From Synergistaceae bacterium (GTDB taxonomy: Bacteria; Synergistota; Synergistia; Synergistales; Aminobacteriaceae), in contig JAHDLC010000012.1 in NCBI GenBank assembly GCA_018436595.1, positions 26,953 through 90,952 of the forward strand: a stretch of 64,000 nucleotides of DNA, written 5' to 3'. Each line of letters begins with the position of its first letter. Within the stretch, counting starts at the first letter, position 1. This document shows, piece after piece, positions 10,249 through 20,109 of the stretch. The translations under genes and the position numbers were made by a program. The notes below the pieces were generated by a model, which was not told where the DNA came from, did not search any database, and was given only the letters and a program-made list of their open reading frames with translations.

Positions 10249-12300
10249 TCACTCCTCCCCGTCGGGGATGTTCTCCAGGTCCTTCTCCCACGGGGCGGAG
10301 CTGCCGTCGCTCGGTGCCCGGTAATCGCCCCGGGGAGAAAGGGATCCTCCCGAACCGACCTTGGGCCCGTCGGGAACGCAGGATCGCTTGTACTGGCTCA
10401 TTGTGAAAAACCGGCGGAGAAAGACGGAAAGCCAGTGCTTTATTTCGGCAAGGGTGTACTCCGTCCTCCGACCGGGGAGAATGTCGGGCCACACGCCCGC
10501 GGCGGCGTCCCGCCAGGCGGATTGTGCCAGGAAGGCCACCTTGGACGGGAGGTAACCGTACCTCAGGGTATAGAAGAGGTTGAAGTCCTGCAGCTCATAG
10601 GGGCCGATGACGGCCTGGGTACTCTGGGAGGGGCCGTCCTCCGCCGATCCCGGGACGAGTTCCGGACTGATCTCCGTTCCGAGGACAGCTTCCAGCACCG
10701 GCGACACCTCTTTGCCGAGAATTTCGCTTGCGGCGGCCCACCGGACGAGATACTGGATGAGGGTCTTGGGGAGACTGGCATTCACGTTGTAGTGGGACAT
10801 GTGATCCCCCACGCCGTAGGTGCACCACCCGAGGGCAAGCTCGCTGAGGTCGCCGGTGCCCACCACCATGGCATCCCGGGCGTTGGCGATCCGGAAGAGG
10901 ACCGATGTTCTCTGCCCCGCCTGGACGTTCTCGAAGGCCACGTCATAGACCGGTTTCCCTTCCGCGAAGGGGTGCCCCATGTCCTTCAGCATCTGCATGC
11001 ACCCCGGGCGGATGTCGATCTCCCCCGCCTCCACCCCCAGGGATTCCATGAGTTTCCGCGCGCTGCCGGCGGTCCTTTCCGAAGTGGCGAATCCGGGGAG
11101 GGAATAGGCCTTGATGTTCGTCCTCGGCAGCCCCAGGAGATCCATGGTCCTGGCGCAGACGATGAGGGCCTGGGTGGAGTCGAGTCCTCCCGACACCCCG
11201 AGGACGAGGTTCCGTATCCCCGACGATTCCATCCTGGTGGCCAGCCCCTGGACCTGGATGCTGTAAATCTCCCGGCATCTCCGCTCCCGGAGGGACGGGT
11301 CGGAGGGAACATAGGGAAACCGGGGCACGTTACGGGCCAGGGGAATTATGCCAGGCGGCGCGCCCAGGGGAAAGGAAATCCTGCGGAAGGGGGGACGCTC
11401 CGTTCTTCCCCCGGCATCGGAGAAGGTGGTGATGGTCGTCCGGTCTCCGGCAAGGCGGCCAAGGTCGATATCGGCCAGGGTCACGGCGGGTTTCCGGGAG
11501 AACCGCTCCGATTCCGCCAGGATCTCCCCGTTCTCCGCCACCAGGGCATGGCCGTCCCAGGCAAGGTCCGTGGTGGACTCCCCCGCCCCCGCCCCGGCAT
11601 AGACATAGGCGGCGATGCACCGGGCCGACTGGTTGGCCACAAGGGCCCGGCGGTAGTCCGCCTTTCCCGTGGTGACATTCGAGGCGGACAGGTTCACCGC
11701 CACCGTGGCCCCGGAGAGGGCAGCGTAGCAGGAGGGCGGTACCGGAGTCCAGAGGTCTTCGCAGATTTCGCAGAAAAGCCTGAAGCCGGGAATCCCTTCC
11801 GCCTCGAAGATGAGATCGGCCCCCACAGGGATATCCTTCTGCCCCAGGAGGTCCAGGGTGTCCGACGGAAGGGCGGAGGCGGGCCTGAAATGCCTCAGTT
11901 CGTAAAATTCCCGATAGTTGGGGAGAAAGCTCTTGACGGCCACGCCGAGGACTCGGCCCCGGAAGAGGACGGCAGCGCAGTTGAAGAGCCCGTCCCCTAT
12001 CTTCAGCGGGACTCCTGCGGCAATGACCATGTCCAGGGAGGCCGAAGCGCCGAGGATCGTTTCGAGTCCCTTGAGAGCGGACTGCAGCAGGGCGTCCTGG
12101 AAGAAGAGATCCCCGCAGGAGTAGGCGGAGATTCCAAGCTCCGGGAAGACGGCGAGCACCGCCCTGCGGTCCGAGGCCTCCCGGAGCAGTTCGACGGTCC
12201 TCTCCGCGTTATGGGAAGGGTCCGCGGTCCGGACGGCGGGAACGCAGGCCGCCACCCGGATGAAGTCATGGCTGTACAGGTTGAAAAAATCGCTGTTCAC
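10249..12300 (-). CDS. nadE: Glutamine-dependent NAD+ synthetase
   Basis: Nitrilase-like domain (FPELG, ICEDLW) plus synthetase domain (GVSGGLDST, FENVQAG, GTGDLSE, GPYELQDF); GTG 12300 with GGAGG RBS. Confidence 0.95.
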   Translation of the reverse strand: MNSDFFNLYSHDFIRVAACVPAVRTADPSHNAERTVELLREASDRRAVLAVFPELGISAYSCGDLFFQDALLQSALKGLETILGASASLDMVIAAGVPLKIGDGLFNCAAVLFRGRVLGVAVKSFLPNYREFYELRHFRPASALPSDTLDLLGQKDIPVGADLIFEAEGIPGFRLFCEICEDLWTPVPPSCYAALSGATVAVNLSASNVTTGKADYRRALVANQSARCIAAYVYAGAGAGESTTDLAWDGHALVAENGEILAESERFSRKPAVTLADIDLGRLAGDRTTITTFSDAGGRTERPPFRRISFPLGAPPGIIPLARNVPRFPYVPSDPSLRERRCREIYSIQVQGLATRMESSGIRNLVLGVSGGLDSTQALIVCARTMDLLGLPRTNIKAYSLPGFATSERTAGSARKLMESLGVEAGEIDIRPGCMQMLKDMGHPFAEGKPVYDVAFENVQAGQRTSVLFRIANARDAMVVGTGDLSELALGWCTYGVGDHMSHYNVNASLPKTLIQYLVRWAAASEILGKEVSPVLEAVLGTEISPELVPGSAEDGPSQSTQAVIGPYELQDFNLFYTLRYGYLPSKVAFLAQSAWRDAAAGVWPDILPGRRTEYTLAEIKHWLSVFLRRFFTMSQYKRSCVPDGPKVGSGGSLSPRGDYRAPSDGSSAPWEKDLENIPDGEE

Positions 12301-12425
12301 TCTCGATGCCTCCCTCGGCAGTCCTTTTAGCGTTTTCCGACATTCCAACAATACACCAAACGGGGACTTTTGGCATTCTTTTCCCCAATCTCCCCACGGA
12401 AGGGGCGAGTATCCCCGCACCGGGA

Positions 12426-12456
12426 TTGACGGGAAACCACGGGAAGGACGTATAAT
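12426..12456 (+). promoter_or_regulatory. Candidate sigma70 promoter for ftsH
   Basis: TTGACG-N19-TATAAT; spacer is longer than optimal. Confidence 0.45.
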
Positions 12457-12560
12457 AGATTCCGGCCATATCAGAAGAGGCGGCGCTTCTTCCTGGACCG
12501 CCGCCTCTTCCCTGCCGCGGATCCCGGGACGGCGGATCATCCGCACCGAGGAGGATTTTC

Positions 12561-14570
12561 ATGGAAAAGAAAACCCAGCACACCGGCAGATCAAGGGAAA
12601 GCGGCAGATTTCAGCCTTTCCTGCGGAAGAACAGCCCGTCCGGAGGAGGTCAGCCGGGAAAGAATCTCCCCCCGAGCAGGATCTGGCTGTGGTTTCTCGC
12701 CGTTCTCGCCGTCAACTACCTCGTGGCGTCTCTCCTGACACCGGCGCCCAAGGAACCGGTGAACATTCCCTATACCCTCTTCAGGGAGGAAACGGCGAAA
12801 GGGAACGTCCACGCCATCTACAACAGGGGAGAGATCGTCTGGGGGGATTTCCGGAACCCCGTGACGTACCCCGGGGCCGGAACGGAAACAGGTCCTTCCG
12901 GGAGCGGGGCGAAAGCAGTCACACTCTTCACCACCACCCTTCCGGCATTCGTGGACAGCGGCCTGGAGGCGTTTCTGCTCTCCCATGGCGTGGAAATCAG
13001 CGCGAAACCAATGCACGAGGAGCGGAGCGCCTGGGAGACCCTGCTCTACGGTTTCGGCCCGGGACTGCTGTTCATCCTCTTCTACTTCTGGCTGTTCCGC
13101 CGCTCCGCCTCCCAGGGCGGCATGGGCGGCCTCATGGGGCTCGGGAAAAGCAAGGCCCGGCGGTACGACCAGGAGGGTGAAGAAAAGGTCACATTCAACG
13201 ACGTGGCGGGCATCGACGAGGCAGAGAACGAGCTTGTGGAGATCGTCGATTTCCTGAAGGATCCCGAAAAATACACCAGGCTGGGTGGAACCGCCCCAAA
13301 GGGCATTCTTCTCGTGGGAGCGCCGGGAACGGGAAAAACCCTGCTGGCGAAAGCGGTGGCCGGCGAGGCCGGAGTGCCCTTTTATTCGATGAGCGCCGCG
13401 GAATTCGTAGAGATGATCGTCGGCGTGGGAGCGGCAAGGGTGCGGGATCTTTTCAGCCAGGCACGGAAAAACGCGCCCGCCATCATCTTCATCGACGAGC
13501 TGGACGCCATCGGTCGGGCGAGGGGCCAGGTGAGCATCGGGGGCTCGAGCGAGCAGGAGCAGACCCTGAACCAGATCCTGACCGAGATGGACGGTTTCTC
13601 AAGCAGGACCGGGGTTATCGTCCTCGCGGCCACCAACCAGCCCGATGTGCTCGACAAGGCCCTGCTGAGGCCGGGGCGGTTCGACCGGCGGGTCGTGGTC
13701 AATCTTCCCGACAGGCCGGGGCGGGAGGCCATCCTGAAGGTACACACAAGGAACGTTCCCCTGTCCGGGGAAACCAGTCTCGACGAGATTGCCGCCACCA
13801 CTCCGGGCTTTTCCGGGGCCGACCTGAAGAACCTCGTCAACGAGGCCGCCCTTCTCGCCGCCAGGCGGGGACAGGACAGCGTGACCGCGAAGGATTTCCT
13901 GGATGCCCTCGAAAAAATCGTGCTCGGACCGGAACGGCCCCTTCTCCTGAGTACCGAGGACAGGGAGCGGGTGGCGTACCATGAAGGGGGACACGCCATC
14001 CTCGGCCTGACGGTCCCCGGCGCCGACCCCGTTCACAGGGTGACGATCATGCCCCGGGGCCAGGCCCTGGGGGTCACATACCAGCGCCCTGTCTCCGACC
14101 GGTACAGCTACCCGGAAGCCTATCTCCGGGCACGGATCATAGGCATCCTCGGCGGCAGGGCGGCGGAAGAGGTAGTCTACGGGACAAAGACCACGGGAGC
14201 GGAAAGCGACATCGAGCAGGCGACGGGGCTCGCCTGGAGAATGGTCACCCGGTGGGGCATGAGCGAACGGCTCGGCATGGTGCAGCTTGCGCCCCGGGAG
14301 AATCCCTACCTCGGCACCCAGGCGGGATTCGGGGGAACAAAACCTTTCAGCGAAGAGACCGGAAAGATCATTGACGAAGAGGTCCTCCGGATCATCAGGG
14401 AAAGCCTTGACGAAGCGAAAAGGCTGCTGACGGTGCACCGGAGGGAGCTGGACGCCCTGGCGGCCGCCCTTGTCTCCAGGGAAACGCTGGATGAAAAGGA
14501 TATCCTTTCCGTCACGGGGCTGACTCCGCCCCCCGCGCCCCCGGCGGCAAAACTGCCGGCAGAAGGCTGA
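12561..14570 (+). CDS. ftsH: ATP-dependent zinc metalloprotease FtsH
   Basis: Two N-terminal TMs, GAPGTGKT Walker A, IIFIDELD Walker [18 protein letters not shown] Zn motif. Confidence 0.97.
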   Translation: MEKKTQHTGRSRESGRFQPFLRKNSPSGGGQPGKNLPPSRIWLWFLAVLAVNYLVASLLTPAPKEPVNIPYTLFREETAKGNVHAIYNRGEIVWGDFRNPVTYPGAGTETGPSGSGAKAVTLFTTTLPAFVDSGLEAFLLSHGVEISAKPMHEERSAWETLLYGFGPGLLFILFYFWLFRRSASQGGMGGLMGLGKSKARRYDQEGEEKVTFNDVAGIDEAENELVEIVDFLKDPEKYTRLGGTAPKGILLVGAPGTGKTLLAKAVAGEAGVPFYSMSAAEFVEMIVGVGAARVRDLFSQARKNAPAIIFIDELDAIGRARGQVSIGGSSEQEQTLNQILTEMDGFSSRTGVIVLAATNQPDVLDKALLRPGRFDRRVVVNLPDRPGREAILKVHTRNVPLSGETSLDEIAATTPGFSGADLKNLVNEAALLAARRGQDSVTAKDFLDALEKIVLGPERPLLLSTEDRERVAYHEGGHAILGLTVPGADPVHRVTIMPRGQALGVTYQRPVSDRYSYPEAYLRARIIGILGGRAAEEVVYGTKTTGAESDIEQATGLAWRMVTRWGMSERLGMVQLAPRENPYLGTQAGFGGTKPFSEETGKIIDEEVLRIIRESLDEAKRLLTVHRRELDALAAALVSRETLDEKDILSVTGLTPPPAPPAAKLPAEG

Positions 14571-14737
14571 AACAGAGGCCATCCCGGTCTGAATCCGTCC
14601 GTACCGGCACGGGGCAAAAAGCTCAATAGGCAGTATAATCTGAGGAAACACGGGGAATCCGGTGTTTCCCCATGAAGTCATTCCCCGGATTCCCCCGCCG
14701 GGATTCCGGGAAAAAACGCGGAAGGAAGGGATTTCTT

Positions 14738-15826
14738 TTGGCTTTTGAGCGAATACGATATGAAGGGCTCGTTGAACTCTCTGCGGCCGTCCTTGAAAAA
14801 CTTGGCTATCCCGCCCACAAGGCCAGCATCACTGCCGTGGTGCTTGCCGAAGCCGACGCCAGGGGAGTCTCCTCCCACGGGGTCACGAGGCTGAAGGTCT
14901 ACCGGAACGAACTTGAAGGAGGGCACGTCAAGCCGGGTGCGGACCCTGAAATCGTCCACGAAACCCCCATCTCCCTGGTGGTGGACGGGCACTACGGCGT
15001 GGGAGCCCACATCTCCGAGTTCACCATGAAAAGGGCAATCGAAAAGGCAAAGGCCCACGGAACGTGCTACGCCTCGGTGCGGAACTCGAACCACTTCGGC
15101 ATGGCGGGCCTGTGGGCAGAAATGGCGGTGAAGGAAGGCCTTCTGGGCAGCGCCTTCACAAATACCATCCGGTGCGCCGTTCCAACCCTGGGGAAGGAGC
15201 GCCTCCTCGGCACCAACCCCATCGCCGTGGGCATACCCTCCGACGGAGACCTCCCCTGGCTGCTCGACATGGCCACCACCACCGCTCCCAGGGGCAAGCT
15301 CGGCGTCTACAAGCGCCGGAATCTCGAGATGCCCGAGGGCTGGTTCGTGGGCGAGTCGGGCGAAACGGTGACCGATCCGTCGGAGGCCACCTCAATCCTG
15401 GCGGATCCCACGGGACGGTGGGGCGGCCTGCTCTTCCTCGGAGGAGCCGGCGAGCTCATGGGAGGACACAAAGGGTACGGCCTCGCCGTCCTGGTGGACA
15501 TGCTCTGCGGTCCCCTGGCGGGCGGACCCTGGACCCGGGACGTCTTCCAGACCATGGACGCCAACGTGGGGCATTTCTTCTCCGCCACGAGGCTCGACCT
15601 CTTCGGCGACGAAAAGGACATCCGCAGGCGGGTCGGGGACATGCTGTCCGCCCTGCGCTCCTCAGCTCCTTCAGAGGGGAACGAGCGGGTATACGTCCAC
15701 GGAGAGAAGGAATCCCTCCGCAGGAAGGAGGCCCTGGAGTCGGGAGTGCCCCTGGACGATGCCACCTTCAGGATGCTGAAGGACTTCGCCGCGGAATTCG
15801 GCCTCACTCCCCCCGAAAAAGCTTAA
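14738..15826 (+). CDS. Ldh_2-family oxidoreductase, paralog 2
   Basis: ADARGVSSHG, HFGMAG, GTNPI, LDMATT, GGHKGYGL; closely similar to 7625..8710; probable TTG start at 14738 after GGAAGGAAGGG. Confidence 0.88.
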   Translation: MAFERIRYEGLVELSAAVLEKLGYPAHKASITAVVLAEADARGVSSHGVTRLKVYRNELEGGHVKPGADPEIVHETPISLVVDGHYGVGAHISEFTMKRAIEKAKAHGTCYASVRNSNHFGMAGLWAEMAVKEGLLGSAFTNTIRCAVPTLGKERLLGTNPIAVGIPSDGDLPWLLDMATTTAPRGKLGVYKRRNLEMPEGWFVGESGETVTDPSEATSILADPTGRWGGLLFLGGAGELMGGHKGYGLAVLVDMLCGPLAGGPWTRDVFQTMDANVGHFFSATRLDLFGDEKDIRRRVGDMLSALRSSAPSEGNERVYVHGEKESLRRKEALESGVPLDDATFRMLKDFAAEFGLTPPEKA

Positions 15827-15845
15827 AAATTGAGGAGGTAACGTC

Positions 15846-17138
15846 ATGGCACGGATTACTTTCCCCTACGAGGGATTCGGAGACGCGGAAATTCCCGACG
15901 GAAATCTCCTGGCGGTGCTCGCCCCCAGGACGGCCGTCCCTGCCTCCGGGAGTGACCTGGATGAAGTGAAACGGGCCCTCGGAGAACCCATCGGCTCGCC
16001 GAGACTGCGGGAGATGGTGAAAAAGGGAGACTCCGCTCTCATCCTGATTGATGACAACACCAGGAACACCCCCACCGCCCGGCTGCTCCCCCTGGTCCTC
16101 GAGGAACTTGCTGCCGGGGGAGCGGCGCTGCAGGACACCGCCATCCTGATAGCCCTCGGAACCCACCGGCCCATGACGGGCGCCGAGGTGGAAGCCAAGG
16201 TCGGAAAGGACCTTCTGGAGAGGATCCGGGTCTACCAGCACGACGCCCACGACCTGCAGGGACTGGCGAACCTGGGGACCACGGAGCACGGCACGGAGGT
16301 GTGGGTCAACAAGCTGCTTCTCGAGTTCGATCACGTGGTGGCCCTGGGGCACATCACCCCCCACAGGGTGGCGGGCTTCTCCGGCGGAGCCAAGATGGTC
16401 CAGCCCGGCGTCTCCGGGGTGGTCACCACGGGACAGACCCACTGGGTGAGCGCCCTCTACGAAGGTGAAGAGATCATGGGCACCATCGACAACCCCGTCC
16501 GCCGGGAGATGAACGCCGTGGCGAAAAAGGCGGGACTCTCCTTCATCGTGAACGTTGTTCTCGACCGGGAGGAGCGGATCTACCGCTGCGTCTGCGGCGA
16601 CCCGGAAAAGGCCCATGCGGCGGGCTGCGAGGCATCCAGGGAGATCTTCGGTGTTCCCTTCCCTGAATACGCCGACATCGTGATCACCGACACCTTCCCT
16701 GCGGACAGCGAACTCTGGCAGGCCGCCAAGGGCATCTACGCGGGCGACCTCCCCCTGAAGAAGGGCGGTGTCCTGGTGACGGTGACACCCTGCCCCGAAG
16801 GAGTGGCCCAGGGACATCCGGAACTGACGGATATCGGTTATCTCCCCTTCGCCGAGGCGAAGGCCATGGTTGACCGGGGCGAAATCGAAGACCTCACCCT
16901 GGCCGCCCACATTGTTCACGTGGGACGGATCATCCGGGACAAGGGCAGGGGCATTATGGTCTGTCCCTGCATCGGCGCCGAAACCTCCCGGAAGCTTGGC
17001 TTCGCCCCTGCAGCGACCCCTCAGGAGGCGGTGGACCTCGCCTTCTCCATGACCGGCCCCGGAGCGAAGGTCATCGTCCTGCAGAACGGCGGAGATTTGC
17101 TCCCGATCCTCCGTCCCGAAGGAGGCTCCTCGTCATGA
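15846..17138 (+). CDS. larA: Nickel-pincer-dependent lactate racemase family protein (LarA homolog)
   Basis: DDNTRNTP, ALGTHRPM, PHRVAGFSGGAK, GQTHW: the conserved Asp/Arg/His/Lys residues of LarA; GAGGAGG RBS. Confidence 0.85.
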   Translation: MARITFPYEGFGDAEIPDGNLLAVLAPRTAVPASGSDLDEVKRALGEPIGSPRLREMVKKGDSALILIDDNTRNTPTARLLPLVLEELAAGGAALQDTAILIALGTHRPMTGAEVEAKVGKDLLERIRVYQHDAHDLQGLANLGTTEHGTEVWVNKLLLEFDHVVALGHITPHRVAGFSGGAKMVQPGVSGVVTTGQTHWVSALYEGEEIMGTIDNPVRREMNAVAKKAGLSFIVNVVLDREERIYRCVCGDPEKAHAAGCEASREIFGVPFPEYADIVITDTFPADSELWQAAKGIYAGDLPLKKGGVLVTVTPCPEGVAQGHPELTDIGYLPFAEAKAMVDRGEIEDLTLAAHIVHVGRIIRDKGRGIMVCPCIGAETSRKLGFAPAATPQEAVDLAFSMTGPGAKVIVLQNGGDLLPILRPEGGSSS

Positions 17139-17629
17139 AACGGCTGCTTGACCTTGGAATCCTCTTCTACAAAGCGGTGCTCACCGTGATGACCATCGCC
17201 CTTTTCATCATCGTGGGGGTGAGCGTCTTCACCCGGTACTGCCTGAACAGTTCCCTCGGATGGTCTGACGAGCTCTCCCGGTTCCTCTTCATCTGGGTGA
17301 CCTTCCTGGGCGCTGCCTACGCCTACGGGCTGAACGAACACATCGGCCTCGACTTCGTGGTGGACAGGATCAGGAGCGAAAAGACAAGAACGGTGATCCG
17401 CCTTCTCGGGGAAATCTGCATCGGCGTGGTCATCTTCGTCATCGCCTGGTACGGGTGGGACGTCGCGATTTCGGCCACGAACCTCTCCCCTGCCCTGGAC
17501 ATTCCCATGACCTTCGTCTACGGAGTGGTCCCCCTGACGGGCGCACTCATGATCGTCCAGAACATCCTGAAGATCCTGCACTGGATCGGGCGGCTTCGGA
17601 CCCTGTCCGCAGCTCCGGAAAGGAGGTAG
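17135..17629 (+). CDS. dctQ: TRAP transporter small permease
   Basis: 4 TMs; WSDELSR, LGAAY, HIGLD. Confidence 0.9.
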   Translation: MKRLLDLGILFYKAVLTVMTIALFIIVGVSVFTRYCLNSSLGWSDELSRFLFIWVTFLGAAYAYGLNEHIGLDFVVDRIRSEKTRTVIRLLGEICIGVVIFVIAWYGWDVAISATNLSPALDIPMTFVYGVVPLTGALMIVQNILKILHWIGRLRTLSAAPERR

Positions 17630-17633
17630 GCTC

Positions 17634-18917
17634 ATGCTCTGGCTCTTTCTCGGCATCCTGTTCTTCTTCACCATCTTCGGCGTTCCCATCGTTTTCTGCC
17701 TCGGCATCGCCAACCTCGTGATGCTCCTGGTCATGGACATCCCCCTGATGGCCCTTCCGGCAAAGGTCATCCAGGGTGCGGACAGTTTCCCCCTCCTCGC
17801 CATCCCCTTCTTCATGTTCGTGGGAGAGGTCATGAACCGGGGCGGCATCGCCCGGAGGCTGGTGGATTTCGCCGATGCGCTGGTAGGGCACATCACCGGC
17901 GGCCTCGGCCATGTTTCCATCCTCAGCAGCATGTTTTTCGGGGGCATCTGCGGCTCGGCGGTGGCTGAAACTGCTGCCATCGGCGGCCTCCTTATCCCCC
18001 CCATGAAGAAGCAGGGCTTTCCGGGGCCCCTGGCGGCGGCCATCTGCGCTTCCGCGGCGGTCATCGGCATCATCATTCCGCCGAGCATTCCCTTCATCCT
18101 CTTCGGGATCATCACCAGCACATCCATCGCCAAAATTTTCCTCGGGGGCATCATCCCGGGCATCGTCGTGGGGCTTGCGCTGATGGTGACCACCTACTTC
18201 ATTACCAGGAAGAAGGGCATCGCCCGCCCGGCACCGGACAGGAGATTCTCTCTCCGGCGGGTGGGGCAGACCCTCCTGAGCGCCGGGTGGGCCCTCTCCA
18301 TCCCCGTGATCATCGTGGGCGGCATTCTGGGCGGCGTCTTCACCGCCACGGAAGCGGGGGCAGTCTCCGCCTTCGTGGCCATGATCCTCGGCCTCTTCGT
18401 CTACAAGGAGATCTCCTTCAAAGACCTGCCGGGCATCTTTCTCTCCACCGGCAAAACCACGGCCACGGTGCTGTACCTCTGCGGCATGGCCATGTGCACC
18501 GCGTGGCTCCTCACCAGGGCGCGGGTTCCCTTTGAACTGGCGGCCATGGTCCAGTCCATTACCGACTCCCAGCTCGGGGTGCTCCTCATGACCAACGTCC
18601 TGCTCTTCTTCGTGGGGTTCGTCATGGACCTTACGCCGGCCATGCTTATCCTGGCCCCCATTCTTCTGCCGGTGATGCAGCAGGTGGGAATAGATCCGGT
18701 GTACTTCGGCGTGCTCATGTCGGTCAACCTGGGGATCGGGCTCATCACGCCGCCTGTGGGAACGGTACTCTACGTGGCCACCGGCGTCGCGGGGGTGAAG
18801 TTCGAGGAACTGGTGAAGTCCATCGCCCCCTTCGTGGTGGCTGAACTGGCGGTGCTGGTACTGCTCATCTTCTTCCCCCAGGTCGTCCTGTTCATCCCCA
18901 ATCTCGTCCTGCCCTAG
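17634..18917 (+). CDS. dctM: TRAP transporter large permease
   Basis: LLAIPFF, GGICGSAVAE, IIIPPSIP, FTATEAG, GLITPPVG. Confidence 0.92.
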   Translation: MLWLFLGILFFFTIFGVPIVFCLGIANLVMLLVMDIPLMALPAKVIQGADSFPLLAIPFFMFVGEVMNRGGIARRLVDFADALVGHITGGLGHVSILSSMFFGGICGSAVAETAAIGGLLIPPMKKQGFPGPLAAAICASAAVIGIIIPPSIPFILFGIITSTSIAKIFLGGIIPGIVVGLALMVTTYFITRKKGIARPAPDRRFSLRRVGQTLLSAGWALSIPVIIVGGILGGVFTATEAGAVSAFVAMILGLFVYKEISFKDLPGIFLSTGKTTATVLYLCGMAMCTAWLLTRARVPFELAAMVQSITDSQLGVLLMTNVLLFFVGFVMDLTPAMLILAPILLPVMQQVGIDPVYFGVLMSVNLGIGLITPPVGTVLYVATGVAGVKFEELVKSIAPFVVAELAVLVLLIFFPQVVLFIPNLVLP

Positions 18918-19041
18918 GGGACAGGGCTCCGGGGAGGAGACTTCCGACGGAGAAGGGAGGCTGGGAACGGGAAAATTCTCGCAGGAAGGCGCAAAGGGAG
19001 CGATTTTTTCAATGTGTGAAAAAACGAAAGGGGAGAAAACA

Positions 19042-20034
19042 ATGAAAATAAGAACAGGTATCGCGGCATTGATTCTTGTCGGCCTCCTGGCCACCGCCGG
19101 CTTCGGCGCCGAATTTACCATCAACGCGGGCATCGGCCTCAACGACAAGTCGGCCCAGTTCCAGTCCCTGAAGTTCTTCAAGGAGCTCGTGGAGAAGAAC
19201 TCCGAAGGGAAGATCGAAGTGGTCCTCTTCCACTCCAGCCAGCTCGGCGACGACCGCACCATGATGGAAGCCCTCAAGATGGGAACCCAGGAGATGACCT
19301 GCCCCTCCACCGCTCCCATGACGGCCTTCGTCAACGCCTATAAAATCTATGACCTTCCCTTCATCTTCGCCAACGAGGAAGTGGCCGACTACATTCTTGA
19401 CGGCCCCGTGGGGAAAAAGCTCCTCGACATGCTCCCCGCCCAGGGAATGATCGGCCTCGCCTACTGGGAGAACGGCTTCAGGATGCTCACCAACAGCGTC
19501 CACTCCGTCAAGTCCCCCGAGGATCTGAAGGGTCTCAAGATCCGCACCATGGAGAACCCCATCCACCTGGCCGCCTTCAAGGTCATGGGCGCCAACCCCA
19601 CGCCCATGGCCTTCGGCGAGCTCTTCTCCGCCATGCAGCAGAAGGTTGTGGACGGGCAGGAGAATCCCTGGGGCACCATCTTCCTGCAGAACTTCTTCGA
19701 GGTCCAGAAGTTCGCCACCGACACGGGACACGTCTATTCCCCCTTCGTGCTCCTCATTTCAAAAATCTTCTGGGACAAGCTGCCCGACGACATGAAGAAA
19801 GTCGTCCAGAGCGCCGCCGACCTGGCGAAGGTCCACAACCGGGAGATCAACCGGAAGATGAACGCCGAGTACCTGGAGAAGCTGAAGGAGAAGATGGAAG
19901 TGACCATCCTCACCCCGGAGCAGAAGGCCGCCTTCCAGCAGGCCTGCCAGCCCATTTACGACCAGTTCGCCAAGGACATCGGCGAGGACCTGATCAAGGA
20001 AGTCCAGAAGCTTACCTCGGAATACAAGAAATAA
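19042..20034 (+). CDS. dctP: TRAP transporter solute-binding protein
   Basis: Signal peptide, QLGDD, WENGFR, DLKGLKIR, NPTPMAFGE, VDGQENP. Confidence 0.93.
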   Translation: MKIRTGIAALILVGLLATAGFGAEFTINAGIGLNDKSAQFQSLKFFKELVEKNSEGKIEVVLFHSSQLGDDRTMMEALKMGTQEMTCPSTAPMTAFVNAYKIYDLPFIFANEEVADYILDGPVGKKLLDMLPAQGMIGLAYWENGFRMLTNSVHSVKSPEDLKGLKIRTMENPIHLAAFKVMGANPTPMAFGELFSAMQQKVVDGQENPWGTIFLQNFFEVQKFATDTGHVYSPFVLLISKIFWDKLPDDMKKVVQSAADLAKVHNREINRKMNAEYLEKLKEKMEVTILTPEQKAAFQQACQPIYDQFAKDIGEDLIKEVQKLTSEYKK

Positions 20035-20046
20035 AAATCAGCGCAG

Positions 20047-20093
20047 CGCAAAAACAGGGCGGTCTCCCAAAGGGAGGCCGCCCTGTTTTTGCG
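20047..20093. terminator. Bidirectional terminator between TRAP operon and heterocycle operon
   Basis: CGCAAAAACAGGGCGGTCTCCC-AAA-GGGAGGCCGCCCTGTTTTTGCG near-perfect 22-bp stem with A/T tracts on both sides. Confidence 0.88.
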
Positions 20094-20109
20094 GTTCTGA
20101 AAAAAATGC

